Assembly (NCBI GenBank): GCA_026770705.1
Contig: JANJGN010000004.1
Coordinates: 108,190,001 to 108,254,000, forward strand
Source of the DNA: Isurus oxyrinchus
Lineage: Eukaryota
Length of the DNA stretch: 64,000 nt
Direction of reading: 5' to 3'
This document shows, one piece after another, positions 12,436 through 25,020 of this stretch. Numbering within the stretch: the stretch's first letter is position 1; each line of letters starts with the position of its first letter. The notes beneath the pieces were generated by a model. The model was not told the DNA's origin, ran no database searches, and saw nothing but the letters and a program-made list of their open reading frames with translations. A program made the translations under genes and the position numbers.

Positions 12436-14095
12436 TTATAAGACCATAGGCGCAAGAGTAACCCATTCGGCTCATCAAGTCTGCTCGCCATTCAATGAGA
12501 TCATGGCTGATCTGATAATCCTCAATTCCACTTTCCTGACTTTTCCCCTTAACCCTTGATTCCCTTAGTGATTAAAAATCTGTCCATCTCAGCTTTGAAT
12601 ATACTTACCGACCCAGCCTCTACAGCCCTCTGCAGTAAAGAATTCCATAGATTGACTACCTTCTGAGAGAAAAAGTTCCTCATCATCTCTGTTTAAAATG
12701 GGCGCCCTCTTACTCTGATATTATGCCCTCTGGTCCTTGACTCTTCCACAAGTGGAAACAACCTCTCAGCATCTACCCTGTCAAACCCCCTAAGAATCTT
12801 ACATGTTTCAGTAAGGTTGCCTCTCATTCTTCTAAACTCCAATGAGTACAGGCCCAACCTACTCAACCTCTTCTCATAAGAAAATCCCTCCATCCCCGAG
12901 ATTAACCTAATGAACCTTCTCTGGGCTGCCTCCAATGCCCATATATCTTTCCTTAGATAAGGGGACCAAAGTTCACAGTATTCTAGGCGTGGTCTAACTA
13001 GTGCCTTGTATAGTTTTAGCAAGAATTCCCTATTTTTATACTCAATTCCCTTTGAAATAAAGGCCAACATTTCATTTGCCTTCCCTATTATCTGCTGAAC
13101 TTGTATGCTAGCTTTTTGGGATTCATGCACGAGGATCCCCAAATCTTTCTGTGCTGCAGCTTTCTTCAGTCTTTCTCCATTTAAATAATATTCAGCTCCT
13201 TTATTCTTCCTGCCAAAGTGCATAACCTCACATTTTCCAATATTATGTCCCATCTGCCACGTTTTTGCCCACTCGCTTAACCTGTCTATATCTCTCTGTA
13301 GACTCTTTGAGTCGTCCTCACCACTTGCCTTCCCACCTATTTTTGTGTCATCCGCAAACTTGGCAATAGTACATTCACTTCCCTCATCCAAGTCGTTAAT
13401 ATACATTGTAAGTAATTGTGGCCCCAGCACTGATCCCTGTGGCACTCCACTAGTTACAGGTTGCCATCCTGAAAATGCCCTCCGTATCCCAACTCTCTGT
13501 CTTCTATTAGTTAGCTAATATACTACCCACAACACCATGGACTCTTACCTTATTAAGTAGCCTTATGTGCGGCACCTTATGAACGCCTTTTGGAAATCCA
13601 AATATATTACATCTGCTGGTTCCCCTTTATCTATCCTACGTGTTACCTCCTCAAAGAATTCTAATAAATTTGTCAGGCATGATTTCCCCTTCATGAAGCC
13701 ATGCTGACTCTGCTTGATTATATTATGCATTTCTAAATGCTCTGCTATTATATTCTTTATAATAGACTCCAACATTTTCCCAATGATAGATGTTAAGCTA
13801 ACAGGCCTATAGTTACCGTTTTTTGTCTGCCTCCCTTTTTGACTAAGGGTGTTATGTTGGCAGTTTTCCAATCCTCTGGGACTTTTTCAGAATCTAAAGA
13901 TTCTTGGAAGATTACTACCAATGCATCCATCATCTCTGCAGCTATTTCCTTTAATATCCTAGAATGCAACCCATCAGGTCCAGGTGGCTTATTGGCCTTT
14001 AGCCCCATTAGTTTCCCTAGTCTTTTTCTCTAGTGATAGTCATTGTATTTATTTCCTCCCCCACCTCTTTTGCGCCATGATTATTTAGAATTTTT
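12436..14095 (-). mobile_element. CR1 LINE, 5'-truncated, RT region
   Basis: PPGPDGLHSRILKE, NYRPVSLTS, QHGFMKGKSCLTNLLEF, YLDFQKAF, VPQGSVLGP, KFADDTK with frameshifts; CR1 tail at about 12440. Confidence 0.92.
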
Positions 14096-14444
14096 GGCCC
14101 ACTGAGTGCATGCGACTAACAATGGTGTATGCCACTGATTTCTGTATTAAGAGGATCTATCTCCTGAATCAGACCAGTGCATTAGACACCCAGGGCTGGG
14201 CACCTTTCAAAATGGAGCCAGCCAATTTTGAGGGAGCATTAAGGCTACCAAACCTATTTTCAGCTCATTATGGTCTTTAATAGAAAGTGAAAATGCATTC
14301 AAAATTGACTCCCAAAAGTGATAAACACTTGAAACAATTTGCTAGGCAGTTAATGGCTGAAAATGTCCAGCTGGATGATGAAAAAGACTACTGATTTCTG
14401 CACGCAGGATTCTCACTTTGCACCCACCATAAACCTGACTCCAT

Positions 14445-14920
14445 TCAAAACCCTGTTGCCCACAGCCTAACTCACACCAAGTTCTTTTCACCCATCCCCC
14501 CCTTATCTCACTGACCTACATTGACTCCTGGTCCAGCTGTGCCTCAGTTTTAAAATTCTCATGCTTGTTTTCAAATCCTTCCTTGACCTTGCCTTCTCCT
14601 TATCTCTGTAACCTTCTCCAGTCCTAAAACCCTCTGAGATAATCTAATTCTGACATCTTGAGTATTTCCTCTTTTCATCACTCTACCATTGGCGATCATG
14701 GCTTCAGCTGTCTTTGGAAAATGCTTTGGAATACCCTCCCTAAACCTCTTGTCTCTCTACTTCACTGTCCTCTTTTAAGATGCTCCTTAAAGCCTACCTC
14801 CAGGTCCCAATATCTCCTTATGTAGTTCTGGGACAAAAGATTTAGTTTTATAATGTTCCTGCAAAGCATCTTGAAACATTTTACTATGTTAAAGGCACTA
14901 TATAAATGCAACTTCTTGTT
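14445..14920 (+). mobile_element. L2-clade LINE 3' fragment
   Basis: Homologous to 15490-16280; ends aaaggcactatataaatgcaa. Confidence 0.7.
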
Positions 14921-15489
14921 ATCGTTCAAAACAAAGTGATTATGATTTTTCTAGAACACCAATCAAAGGAAATCTTTATGGATGCATTAATGAGGTCGCT
15001 TCATATAATCAAATTCATCATCCATCCCAACTCTCTTTTATCAGAGTATCTGTTGAGTTTTCATCAGTGGTAAAGTCTTCCAATTTATTTATCTTCATGT
15101 AGGTGACGAAGAGAGGCAGTTACTGGAAGTTCGCTGTGTGGTCGAATTTGGGACTTGTGCCACTACCTGTTTCAATAACTACAAAACCTCTAACAGTGTT
15201 TAAACTCCCAATGTCCCTCCCATCTAATACAGAACCTTTAGAATAGGACTGACGTTGAAATAATTGGCCCAACTTTTATTCATTTGGATAACCACTGTTC
15301 CAAAAAAATGATGGGATGCCCAATGCAAGAACTGTGTGCGGTGTAAAGCTCATCTCCTGAATTATTAAATTATTTTCTCAATAATCTAACCCTGTCATCT
15401 GTATATCTGCATAAAACAATGCACGCTATTATATGCAAGGTTATCGTAATATTCAGTTCAGGGTCCCAGTTAGAGACATGTTTTGTTTC

Positions 15490-16280
15490 AATGAACTCCA
15501 AACTCAGTTCCCTAGCTACCAACTCCATCCTCTCCCTGGCAACCGTCTGAGATTAAACCAGTCTGGTTGCAATCTTGGTGTCACATTTGATCCTGCGATG
15601 AGTTTCTGACATCATATTTGGGCTATCAGTAAGGCCGCCTCTTTCCACCTCCGTACCATTCCCCGACATCGCCCCTGTCTTAGCTCATCTGCTGCTGAAA
15701 CCCTCATTCATGCCCTTGCTACCTCCAGACTTGAATGTTCCAATGCACTGCTGGATGATCTCCCACATTCTACCCTCCATAAACTTGAGGTCATCCAAAA
15801 CTCTACTGCCTGTGTCTTAACTCACATCAAGTACCATTCACCTATCATCTCCTGTGCTCGCTGATCTACACTGGCTCTCGGTCAAAAGCATCTTGATTTT
15901 AAATTTCTCATTCATATTTTCAAATCCTTTCATGGTCATCCTATCTCCGGAATCTCCTACAGACCCACAACCCTCCGAGATATCTGCACTCCTCTAATTT
16001 TGGACTCTTCAGCATCCCTTATTTTAATCATTCCACCACTGGCGGCCATGCCTTCAGCTGCCTGAGCCCAAAGCTCTGGATTTTCCTCCCTAAAACTCTC
16101 TGCCTTGCTGTCCCTCTCTCCTCCTTTAAGACGCTCATTAAAACCTACCTGTTTGACCAAGCTTTTGGTCATCTGACCTAATATCTCCTTGTGTCTCGGT
16201 GTCAGTTTTTGTTTTATAATGCTCTTGCAAAACACGAGACATTTTATTATGTCAAAGGCCTTATATAATTGTTGTTGGAA
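15490..16280 (+). mobile_element. L2-clade LINE 3' fragment
   Basis: Encodes NLGVTFD...AETLIHALATSRLEC SNALL...LHWL, typical of the L2 ORF2 end. Confidence 0.8.
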
Positions 16281-16569
16281 AAAAATAAGTCCCCAGTTTT
16301 GCCCCCTAGTCTCTTCCATGGTTTAACAGACACAGTCTGAACTCTGCTGGTCTCCCAACTGACCATTCCCTGTGAGTCCAGACAGTAAGCATTGACAGAT
16401 TGATCTTCCAGAGGGTATCACTGCTCAGTCCAATGAGTCCTCACACATCAGCTAAAGACACACACTCACTCCCAGCCTTCCTCACTTGCTAGGGACCAGC
16501 AACTTAGAACTTAGGCTGATGACTTTCCCCTTTGCAACCCAGAGCTCTGCAAGCCATCTTGATCTAGTA

Positions 16570-16872
16570 CAGCAGTTGGCAACTTTAATCAAAAGAACCA
16601 TTTTTAAAAATTTAGCCAAAAACGTAATATTTACGAGCTCCAATGCTGTTATTTAAATGCCAAAACTGGTGAAAAACAAGAGACACATTTCAACAACATT
16701 TTAAGGATTTTAACAAAAAAATTATTAATTGAACGATCCTTCTTCACAGGTAGAATGTTAATAGAAGTTAAAAAAAATTAAAGAAGCTGTTTAATTACCA
16801 TAAAAGCGTGTTCGATCGATCAAGGACTGAAGCCACAAAAGTCTTTAATGAGCCGCAGGTTGTGGTCCCTTG
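16570..16872. mobile_element. Non-autonomous hAT (Charlie-like) MITE
   Basis: Ends CAGCAGTTGGCAAC and GAGCCGCAGGTTGTGGTCCCTTG; flanking 8-mers atctagta / gtctagca fit a degenerate NTCTAG-type TSD. Confidence 0.55.
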
Positions 16873-16917
16873 GTCTAGCATTAGTTTAGTTACCAAAACA
16901 AATCTCCTGTCCTCTGT

Positions 16918-17170
16918 AAACAAAACAGAAAATGCTGGAAATACTCAGCAGGCCAGGCAGCATCTGTGGAGAGAAACAGAATTAATGTTTCTGGTCATGA
17001 AGACCCTTCATCAGAACTGAGGAAAGACAGAGATGTGGTAGATTTCGAGCAAGTGAAAAGAGGCGGGGGGAGGGGAGAGGAGGAACAGAACGGAAGGTCT
17101 GTCATAGAATGAAGGACCAGGAGAAATTAAATGACAAAAGATTTCGTGGTAATGGGTAAAAGTAAAGAAA
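16918..17170 (-). mobile_element. PLE pLTR fragment with canonical hammerhead core
   Basis: The minus strand near 16979-17018 reads agtt CTGATGA a gggtcttcatgacca GAAA cattaatt. Confidence 0.75.
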
Positions 17171-17183
17171 TAAAAGTTACTTC

Positions 17184-17792
17184 AGAATTGCTGAAAAATG
17201 AGACATGGTGTTGAAGCTTTTTGTCTTGTGCTCATGAGGACAGACTCACAAGAATACCAATAATAAAGGGAACAGCAATTTATCCTGCATAAGAGAGTGC
17301 TGATTGGTTGGCAAGTGGACTCTGATTGGTAAAGATATTGCCATGGAGAATGCACCAGGGAATACTTAGCTACCAAGCTTTTGTTTAAATTCAAACCAGA
17401 CAGGTCAACTCTGATTGGTCAAGGCATAGCCATGGGGAATGAACCAGGGAACGGCTGTCACCCAAGCTTTTGTTTAGTTGAAAAAGACGCAAAGTGCAGG
17501 CATGCTCCTTCTACCTGCAAAGGACAGGGTCCTGTGTGTGAAGGACCCTATCCTGTTTTAATTTCTTGTTTTAATTTAAACAAATACTTGGCAGTTAACT
17601 GGTGCATTCTCCATGGCAATATCTCTACCAATCAAAGTCCAATTGCCAACCAGTCAGCACTTTCTTCTCATGCAGTGTAAATTGCTGTTCCCTTTATCTC
17701 TTCCGAATCTGTCCTGATGAGTGCAAGACAAAAAGCTTTGACAGCAGGTCTCTTTTTTTCAGCAATACTCAAGTTCTGTACTATCAAACAAC
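17184..17792. mobile_element. Fold-back element of a second PLE-terminus-like family, with hammerhead motifs in both arms
   Basis: Arms about 17185-17390 and 17575-17770 are inverted copies. Perfect 13-bp TSD TAAAAGTTACTTC at 17171-17183 and 17793-17805. Confidence 0.8.
17709..17744 (+). ncRNA. Minimal type I hammerhead ribozyme motif, one core substitution
   Basis: CTGTC-CTGATGA-GT gcaag AC-AAAA(GAAA)-AGCT-TT-GACAG: helix I CTGTC/GACAG and palindromic helix III. The G12>A change is consistent with CpG decay. Confidence 0.65.
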
Positions 17793-18439
17793 TAAAAGTT
17801 ACTTCCAGTCCCAACATACTTCCTGGACAAAGACATCAAAAAGGTTGCTACAACTAATGTAGGTACCTCTGCAAGTGTCACACAAATAAACACAGAAAAT
17901 TCTGGAAGTGCTCAGCAAGTCCGGCAGCATCAGTGGAGAGTGAAACAGAGTCAAACTGGAAGTGCCCGGCACCACCTCTTGGGCAACAACTCTACAGGTA
18001 GGCCTGCATAGGGATTACATGAATTACCTTCACACCCATAGAGTGTTGTTCAGAAAAGAATAGTGAAGAATTTTGGAACTAAAGTGGGGCAGGGTGGAGG
18101 GGGAGGTAAATGGAGTTAAGCTACAGATTAACCATGTTCTAATTGACTCGTGGAACAGAGTGAAGGGGCTGAATGGTCTATTCCATTTTCTATGTTCCTA
18201 TATCTCCTACTTTACTAAAGCTTTTAATTCATTATTTCTCAGAATTTCAAAACTGTGGAAGCCATTATCTTCCTTAGTCTTCTAAAACCCAACCTTAGTG
18301 TCCTGTCTTCATGTCTGCCTAATTTGACTTGTCTTCTCTTTAGCTTCTTTCTATCCTGCTGGTGTACTGTACAATGGAGCCTGATCTTGCTGCTTGGCTT
18401 CTCAATTGGGGGAAAAAAAGCTGTCTGCCTTGTCCAAAT

Positions 18440-18850
18440 ATTGGGAAACCATTTTCCAACATCCATCCACATTTTATTTTAGGAAGGATGTGACGGCAGC
18501 AGGGACGGTGCAGAAAGGATTCAGGAGAATGGTTCCAGGAATGAGGAACTTCAGTTACACAGATTGGAGAAGTTGGGATTGTTTTCCTCAGAGCACTTTG
18601 AGAGGAGGTTTGATAGAGGTGTTCAAAATCGTGAGAAGTCTGGACAGAGTAGATGGGGACAAACTGTTCCCATTGGTGAAGGCTCGAGAACCAGAGGGTA
18701 TAAATTTAAGGCAATTGACAAAAGAAGTAATGGCGACATGAGGGACGAGTTTTTTAGACAGCAAGTAGTTTGGATCTGGAAATGTACTGCCTGAGAGTGT
18801 GGTGGAGGCAGGTTCAACAGGTGGCTTTCAAAAGAAAACTGGATTTCTCA
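18440..18850 (+). mobile_element. CR1 LINE 3' fragment
   Basis: FRKDVTAAGTVQKGFRRMVPGM...LRGGLIEVFKIVRSLDRVDGDKLFPLV. Confidence 0.75.
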
Positions 18851-18867
18851 CTGCGTGAGATGCAGTG

Positions 18868-19400
18868 TCAGGATGTCAGCGGTGAATGCCAAGTGTCAGG
18901 GTGTGGTGTAGGGTGAGTGATGGGGAGCGTGGGGCATTGAGCAGTCAGAGTGTTGGGTGGCATGCTGGGTCGGAGATGTGATGTGCAGATACATTCACTC
19001 ATCTTGACCACCCCAGCGAGATCATTAAACTTCTTCAGGCACTGCTGCCCGGTCTGTGGTCTCACACTCTGGGCATTGATTACTCTCGTGACCCATTCCC
19101 ACCCTCTTCTCAGGGTCACTCTGGAAGGTTTCTTACCTCCTGTCAGAGACATCCCTTCTGGATTCAGCCTCCCGACAGAGTGCGTCCAAGGCAGTGTCAC
19201 TGAATTTGGAAGCCCACTCCTTAACAGCGAAATGGCTTCTTGGTGAGTGGCCAAAACCAATTATCCTGCAGTGCTTTGTTGCGTCTTCACTTTTATAAAG
19301 ACTGTGTGCCTTTAAATAGGGGATGCTGCCTGGAACACCCTGGTGAGTGCAGAGGGTGGCTGCACTGATAATGGACATGAGGTGGGTTGAACAATGTTCT
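18868..19400 (-). mobile_element. PIF/Harbinger Myb/SANT-like accessory gene fragment
   Basis: KFSDTALDALCREAESRRDV...KKPSRVTLRRGWEWVTRVINAQSVRPQTGQQCLKKFNDL, a trihelix Myb/SANT-like motif with one frameshift. Confidence 0.7.
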
Positions 19401-19984
19401 GCCTTACCCACCTTGTTTCCAACTGCCCAACAGTCCCACTAGAAAATGTGAATGTTTGTGGTGTGTGAGGACAGTGTTGGGGCTAACATCCTGTGGTTGG
19501 ATTACCTGTAAAACATTCACCATCAGGACTTGCACATGAAGACTGGCCACTGGATTGAAGCAACAGAGGGCTGGCAGAACCCGTGGAACTATACACCAGC
19601 AAGAATCAGTGTCAGCAAGAGAAGACTGGAGAAATATGGAAACTAAGAACCCAATGAAATAGTGGATGCCAGGGGGAGTATTATATAGCAATTGATTCTG
19701 AGCAATGAGTTATGCGCCTACGCTAATTTCAGATGACATCTGAGCATTTAACAGAGCAGAATCATAGCCTCAGGCCTGAGCCAGTTATCAAGTGAAAGCT
19801 TCAGAAAATGCCTTATTTCAAATTAGAGAGATTTGAATTTTAATCTTGTGCTACAAGTTCTTTGGCTGGGGAACAAGGGAAGAGTTTTATTTGTGGGATA
19901 AAATTTTCGTGGGACTTCTCCCCATTTCCTGTTGTAACACAGGGCATTGGTGTGACCGCACCTGTGTACTTTGTTCAGTTTTAA

Positions 19985-20570
19985 GGAGATAGTTCACAGA
20001 AAGTCCACCAGGCTGATTCCAGGGATGAAGGGGTTGTCTTCTGAGGAATGGTTGAGCAGATTAGGCCTATACTCGTGGAGTTTAGAAGAATGAGAAGGGA
20101 TCTTAATGGAACATATTAAGGGGGCTTGACTGGGTAGATGCTTATTTCCCCTTGTGAGGGAAGCTAGAAAATGGGGACATGGTTTCAGAATAAGGGGTCG
20201 TCCATTTAAGATTGAGATGAGGAGTAATTTCTTCTCTCAGAGGATCTTTGGAACTCTGCCCCAGAGAGTTGTGGAGGCTGGGTCATTGAACATATTCAAG
20301 GCTGTCGACAGATTTTTGGGGCAGGATTTTACGGCCACTCCCACCAATGTCAATGGACTTGTGAACGGATGGCCGCATTTTATGGCCCCACCCCCACCAT
20401 GACAGGGCAGTAAAATTCCACCTTTGGAAGTCAAAAGTTATGGGGGGGTGGGGAGCAGAGAGGAAAGCAGAAGTAAGGCCACAATCAGATCAGCCATGAT
20501 TTTATTGAATGGTGGAGCAGGCTCAAGGGTCAGTATAGCCTACTCATGCTCCTAATTCATTTTTCTTATG
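19985..20570 (+). mobile_element. CR1 LINE 3' fragment
   Basis: LGLYSWSLEE / GHGFRIRGRPFKIEMRSNFFSQR plus a CR1 tail; interrupted near 20316-20425. Confidence 0.7.
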
Positions 20571-20899
20571 TGAAAACCAAAGAGAAATGGCTCAAATAAC
20601 CCACAATGTCGTTTTCCAGAGTTTCTGCCGAGCCTTTGCCAAAGTTACAGTGCAAAGATTCAAGGACAAACCCCCGTGGAAATTTTTAGTCCACTTTAGA
20701 TTTTGCCAAGGTGAAGCGGGAGACCCACAAAGATCAGGCAGAGAGCTTATTGTCCAAAACACTCCCCAAGTGTCTTTACATTTTTATATATATATAACCC
20801 CAAGGTATCTCTGTTTCTGGAAGTCATTCACTGTTCACAGAGTGTGTCAAGTTTAAGTTGTGGTTTGCTTTGCTCTGGTGATTATGTCATCGGGTTAAG

Positions 20900-22480
20900 C
20901 TTGTGTCTTTAACTGTTCTATGGACAGGAAATTCATTCATGCAGTGCCACTTCTATTGACATCTCAATTCCCTGGGAGGACAAGCACTACTTGTGTGTTC
21001 ATTGTGGCTTTCAGCATTGATATGGATGCACACAGCTGCATCCCCTGGAAACGGTACCATCCTGACTTCACACAGCCCATCTAGCTGATGTGGATACTGA
21101 AACTGGCCATCGCAATTGCTGGCAAATGTCTGCATTGTCCACTCTTCAGTAAAGAAGTGTGGAGCAGCAGAATAGCATCTACGGTGGACTTACAACCTGA
21201 TTGTCGGTAAGTGAAATGTATTGAATTATTTCCACTCGGAGGTGTTTGAAAGTAGTCGGGAGTGTTTCTGAAGGTGTTTTGGTGAATTTGCCAGTATTGC
21301 CACATCATCACAGGGGTGGTGAAGGAGTAAGGTAACCAGTCCAAACAGAGGCTGAAATGGGTATTGGGATAGCAGTGGCGATGCTTCTGGGTCTGTGGCA
21401 CCACAGGGATACAGAGCAAAGGCTGTGGAGGGGACAGGCTCTGCATGATGCCCTCTTCCAACTTGGGAGTCAGACTCCTCCATGTCTTTGAGAGTGATAG
21501 CTTTCTGGCAGACCTGCCAATGTAGCCATCATCTTGGTGTTCATCCTTATCAGTGCTCTCCAGAGTGTCATCCCGTCAGGTTCTCATCCAAGTCCCCTGC
21601 AGCAGAACCCATCTGCGACCTCATCCTCCATGTGAGCTGGCAGATGAAGCACCCATAACTTGTGGCCTGGCTGTGGCCCACTCGTATCCTGATGACTCAC
21701 CACATGCAGATCTTAACTCTATACCATCCTTCAAGGTATATACAGTGCCAGTATCTGAGTTGGGGGCTGTGCATCAGATCAGTGTGATGGGGCCTCTTCA
21801 TCTATGCTCTCACTTCCTCCAGGGGTTGCAGTGGCTGGCAGCAGTTCTTGGGTGCCTGAAAGCAGGAACTCAGAAGGGGATGATTGGTGTGAGGGAATTG
21901 GGGTGTAGTGGGGTGCAAGAGGTCCGTGATCACAGCATCTGCAGCTTGCTCATCATGCCAGATAGCAGGGAAGAGGGAGAGCTGGGAGCTGAGAAGGGAC
22001 ATAAGGTAGGAACATGCCAACATCCTCAATGTTTACAGCGATGTTGGATGCCACAAATCTGTCACAGCCAATGATATAGAGAGCCCTTCCTCCCTAGGAT
22101 TCAGGAGATGCAAGCATCCTTGCTCCCCGCTGGCTCTGCTCTGCTCCCTGTGATTATGGGCCACCTTGTCCTGCAAGAGAGAGGGCAGAATGCCAGTGAT
22201 TGTATTGCACAGTGTGGGTGACGTTCCTGCCATAACTGAATAGCCAGATATGTGAAGGCAGTGAGAGGTGGGTAAGGTGAGGGCTGACAGCATTGGTAGC
22301 TGTGTGAGGGTGAGCTGAAGTATTTGGATGTTATACGTGAGTCCTGAGTGCCAGGGAATGTTGCTGGGTGAGTGATGCATTGAGAAGCATGATGGGTTCA
22401 TGGTGTGGTGGGCAGATGTCATGTGACGACCCTTCCAAGATATCTGCGATCCTCCAATTCTGCCCTCTAGTGCCTCCACG
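20900..22480 (-). mobile_element. Probable decayed Harbinger-type element (Myb-gene region)
   Basis: Acceptor followed by DKVAHNHREQSRASGEQGCLHLLNPREE, resembling the K(V)AHN.RE...TGGG..L.PxEE segment of Harbinger Myb/SANT proteins; boundaries uncertain. Confidence 0.45.
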
Positions 22481-23934
22481 ATTTTTATTGCTTCACCTTT
22501 GGCAGCCGCCCCTTCAGCTGCCTGGGCCCTAAGCTCTGGAAATCCCTCCCTAAACCTTTGTGCCTCTCTCTCCTTTAAAACCTACCTCCTAAACCAAGAT
22601 TTTGGTCACTTGTCCTAATATGGGATTACACAGATCGGTGTCAACTTTTGTGTGATTACGCTACTGTGAAATGACATGGGGTGTTTTACTGCGTCAAGGT
22701 GCTGTACAAATGCAAGCTGTTGTTGCTCTAGTCAGGCCTTGAGTACTGCATCCATTTCCAGTCACCAACAATTGAGCATGGCTCGATCACTAGAGAGAGA
22801 TGAGGGAAGAGGTATAAGGGTGAGTTGCATTGTCCAGGATATGAGCTGTGAGGAAGGACTGAACAGACCTGGATTTTAGAGCCCAGTAAAGCAGGGGTTC
22901 TGGGAAAACCCTTGAGGAGATTACTGTGAATTGAGCAGCGATATTCCACGGGGTTTCTCGTAGTATGGATCAGGGTGGCCAGGATTGTGCTGGGGTCTGC
23001 AGGAATTAAAGATGAATCCCCCAGACCTGACTGCAAGCAAAACCTAGGAGGAAAATCTTGATAAAAAAGGGTTTATTTTCTTTCAACTCTTTAGTGTAAT
23101 AGTTTTAAAAAATGTTGGAGATGGTGAGGGGTTGGTAAAAGGGTTATTTGACAGGGAGGGGTAGTTGGAGAGCAGGTGGTGCTGAAACCTCTCGAAACAA
23201 ATTCAAACAGTGTTGGCAACCCAAAATTCAATTCTTGCAGTGTTGTTTGGACCCAGTAAAAATGTGTGTGTGGTGGGGTGGGGGAAGAATTCTATTAAAG
23301 TTTACCATAAGATTTGATGAATACTCTCAAAGGTAAATTGATAAAGTTTATGTTAGAGCTGATTGCACAAGGTATGCAAACGGAAGTGATTCATTCAGTG
23401 ATTTCTTGTATTCTTTGTCTAAATACCTTTTCTCAGATTGGAGTTTTGTAACATATTTTCACTGGTACAGAATGCCTGCAACCCTCCAAATTGCACATTC
23501 ACCCCATCAAATATGAACAAAAGTTCACAAGTTGAGCCAAGGCAGGTGAGGTTATATTGGGTCAGACAAGCTTTTCCTCTATTTCCCCATGACGTTTAAT
23601 GAGTTTGATCGAGGCAGTGATCAAATGGATTATACCTGGTCTTTTAAAGGCCGAGTAGCCAATTATCAGTCCAAATTTTATGGTTCAACCATAGAGTGTT
23701 CCTGATCAGATGTTGACAGTTCTTGTATTTCAAGCATGAATCTTGTGTGATGTCATGAAAATACAAAGTCTTTTAAATGGGCATTTTTTTTTAGGTTTTA
23801 ATTTACCCTAATCTGAGTTTTAAAAAAAAAGTAAAATCAACCATGAGCAAGAATATGCTTTTTACAATCATAAATAACAAAATATTTGTGGTAACAAAAA
23901 GAAACATTGGGAAGTGCACAAGCACGCAAAAGAA

Positions 23935-24125
23935 GACTTGCATTCATCTAGCACCTTTCACAACCCTAGGATGTCCCAAAACACTGTGCAGCCAATTAAG
24001 TAATTTTGAAGTGTAGGCACTGTCGTAATATAGGGAAATACGGCAGCCAATATGTGCACAGCAAGCTCCCATGAACAGCAATGTGATAATGACCAGATAA
24101 TTTCTTTCAAAGTGATGTTGGTTGA
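23935..24125 (-). mobile_element. Deu-type SINE tail
   Basis: Homologous to 495-720 and 11790-12018. Confidence 0.7.
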
Positions 24126-24499
24126 CTTTACAGCAGAACGATTACAGAAGAAATAAATGACTAATGAAGACAGTTTTATATGTTTACAAAGCACAATGCT
24201 AAAAGGTTTGGACAAGCAATGTCTCTAGTGCCTCATTCTCCAACTTAGGGTGCACCTTATATTAATGCTGACCATTGTTAAGGAGGGAAAACGCAAGGAA
24301 TTCATTGTATGCACTGCTTTTGAGTGGTTTGAGAATGTGAAAAGTGTTATATAAAGACAAATTCATTCATTTGAGACATTCCCTACATCAAGCGGGCAAA
24401 TTGGTTGTGTTTGTCACATTGTTCAGATGTTTGGTGTGTGCTGGTTTTATCAAGTATAACTCAAAATTCTGGAATCTATCTCTTTTGGGAGGGGACAGG

Positions 24500-25020
24500 A
24501 AGAAATGTTAGAAGAACTGTGGAATCTTACAACACATTTGGCCCATCATACCTTGGGTGCTGAGTCTCTCCCCCTGCTCTTTCTTCTTGGTCTCCAAACT
24601 TTCTCCCTTCAAAAATGTATCCAATTCCCTTTTGAAAATTATGATTGAATCTGCTTTCATCACCCTTTCAGGCTGTGCCTTCCAGAGTCAATGCATTTCT
24701 CCTCATCTCCCATGACATTGTTTTTGTCAATTATCTTAAATCTGTATCGCCTGCTTCGTGACGTGCCTGCCAGTGGAAGCAGTTTCTCCCTATCCATCAA
24801 AACTACTCATAACTTTCAATACATCTATTAAATCTCCCCTGAATCTTGTCTATTCCAAGAACAAACCTAGTTTCTCTGGTCTCTCCAGGGAACTGATGTC
24901 CTTCATCCCTGGGACCATTTGAGTAAATCACCTCTGCACCCTCTCCAGGGCCTTGACTTCTTCCTAAGGGTCGTGGCTGCAATTGGACACAATGCTCCAG
25001 ATGAGGCCTAAGCAATTAAA
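24500..25020 (-). mobile_element. CR1 LINE 3' fragment
   Basis: LRPHLEHCVQ peptide and a CR1 3' region. Confidence 0.65.
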
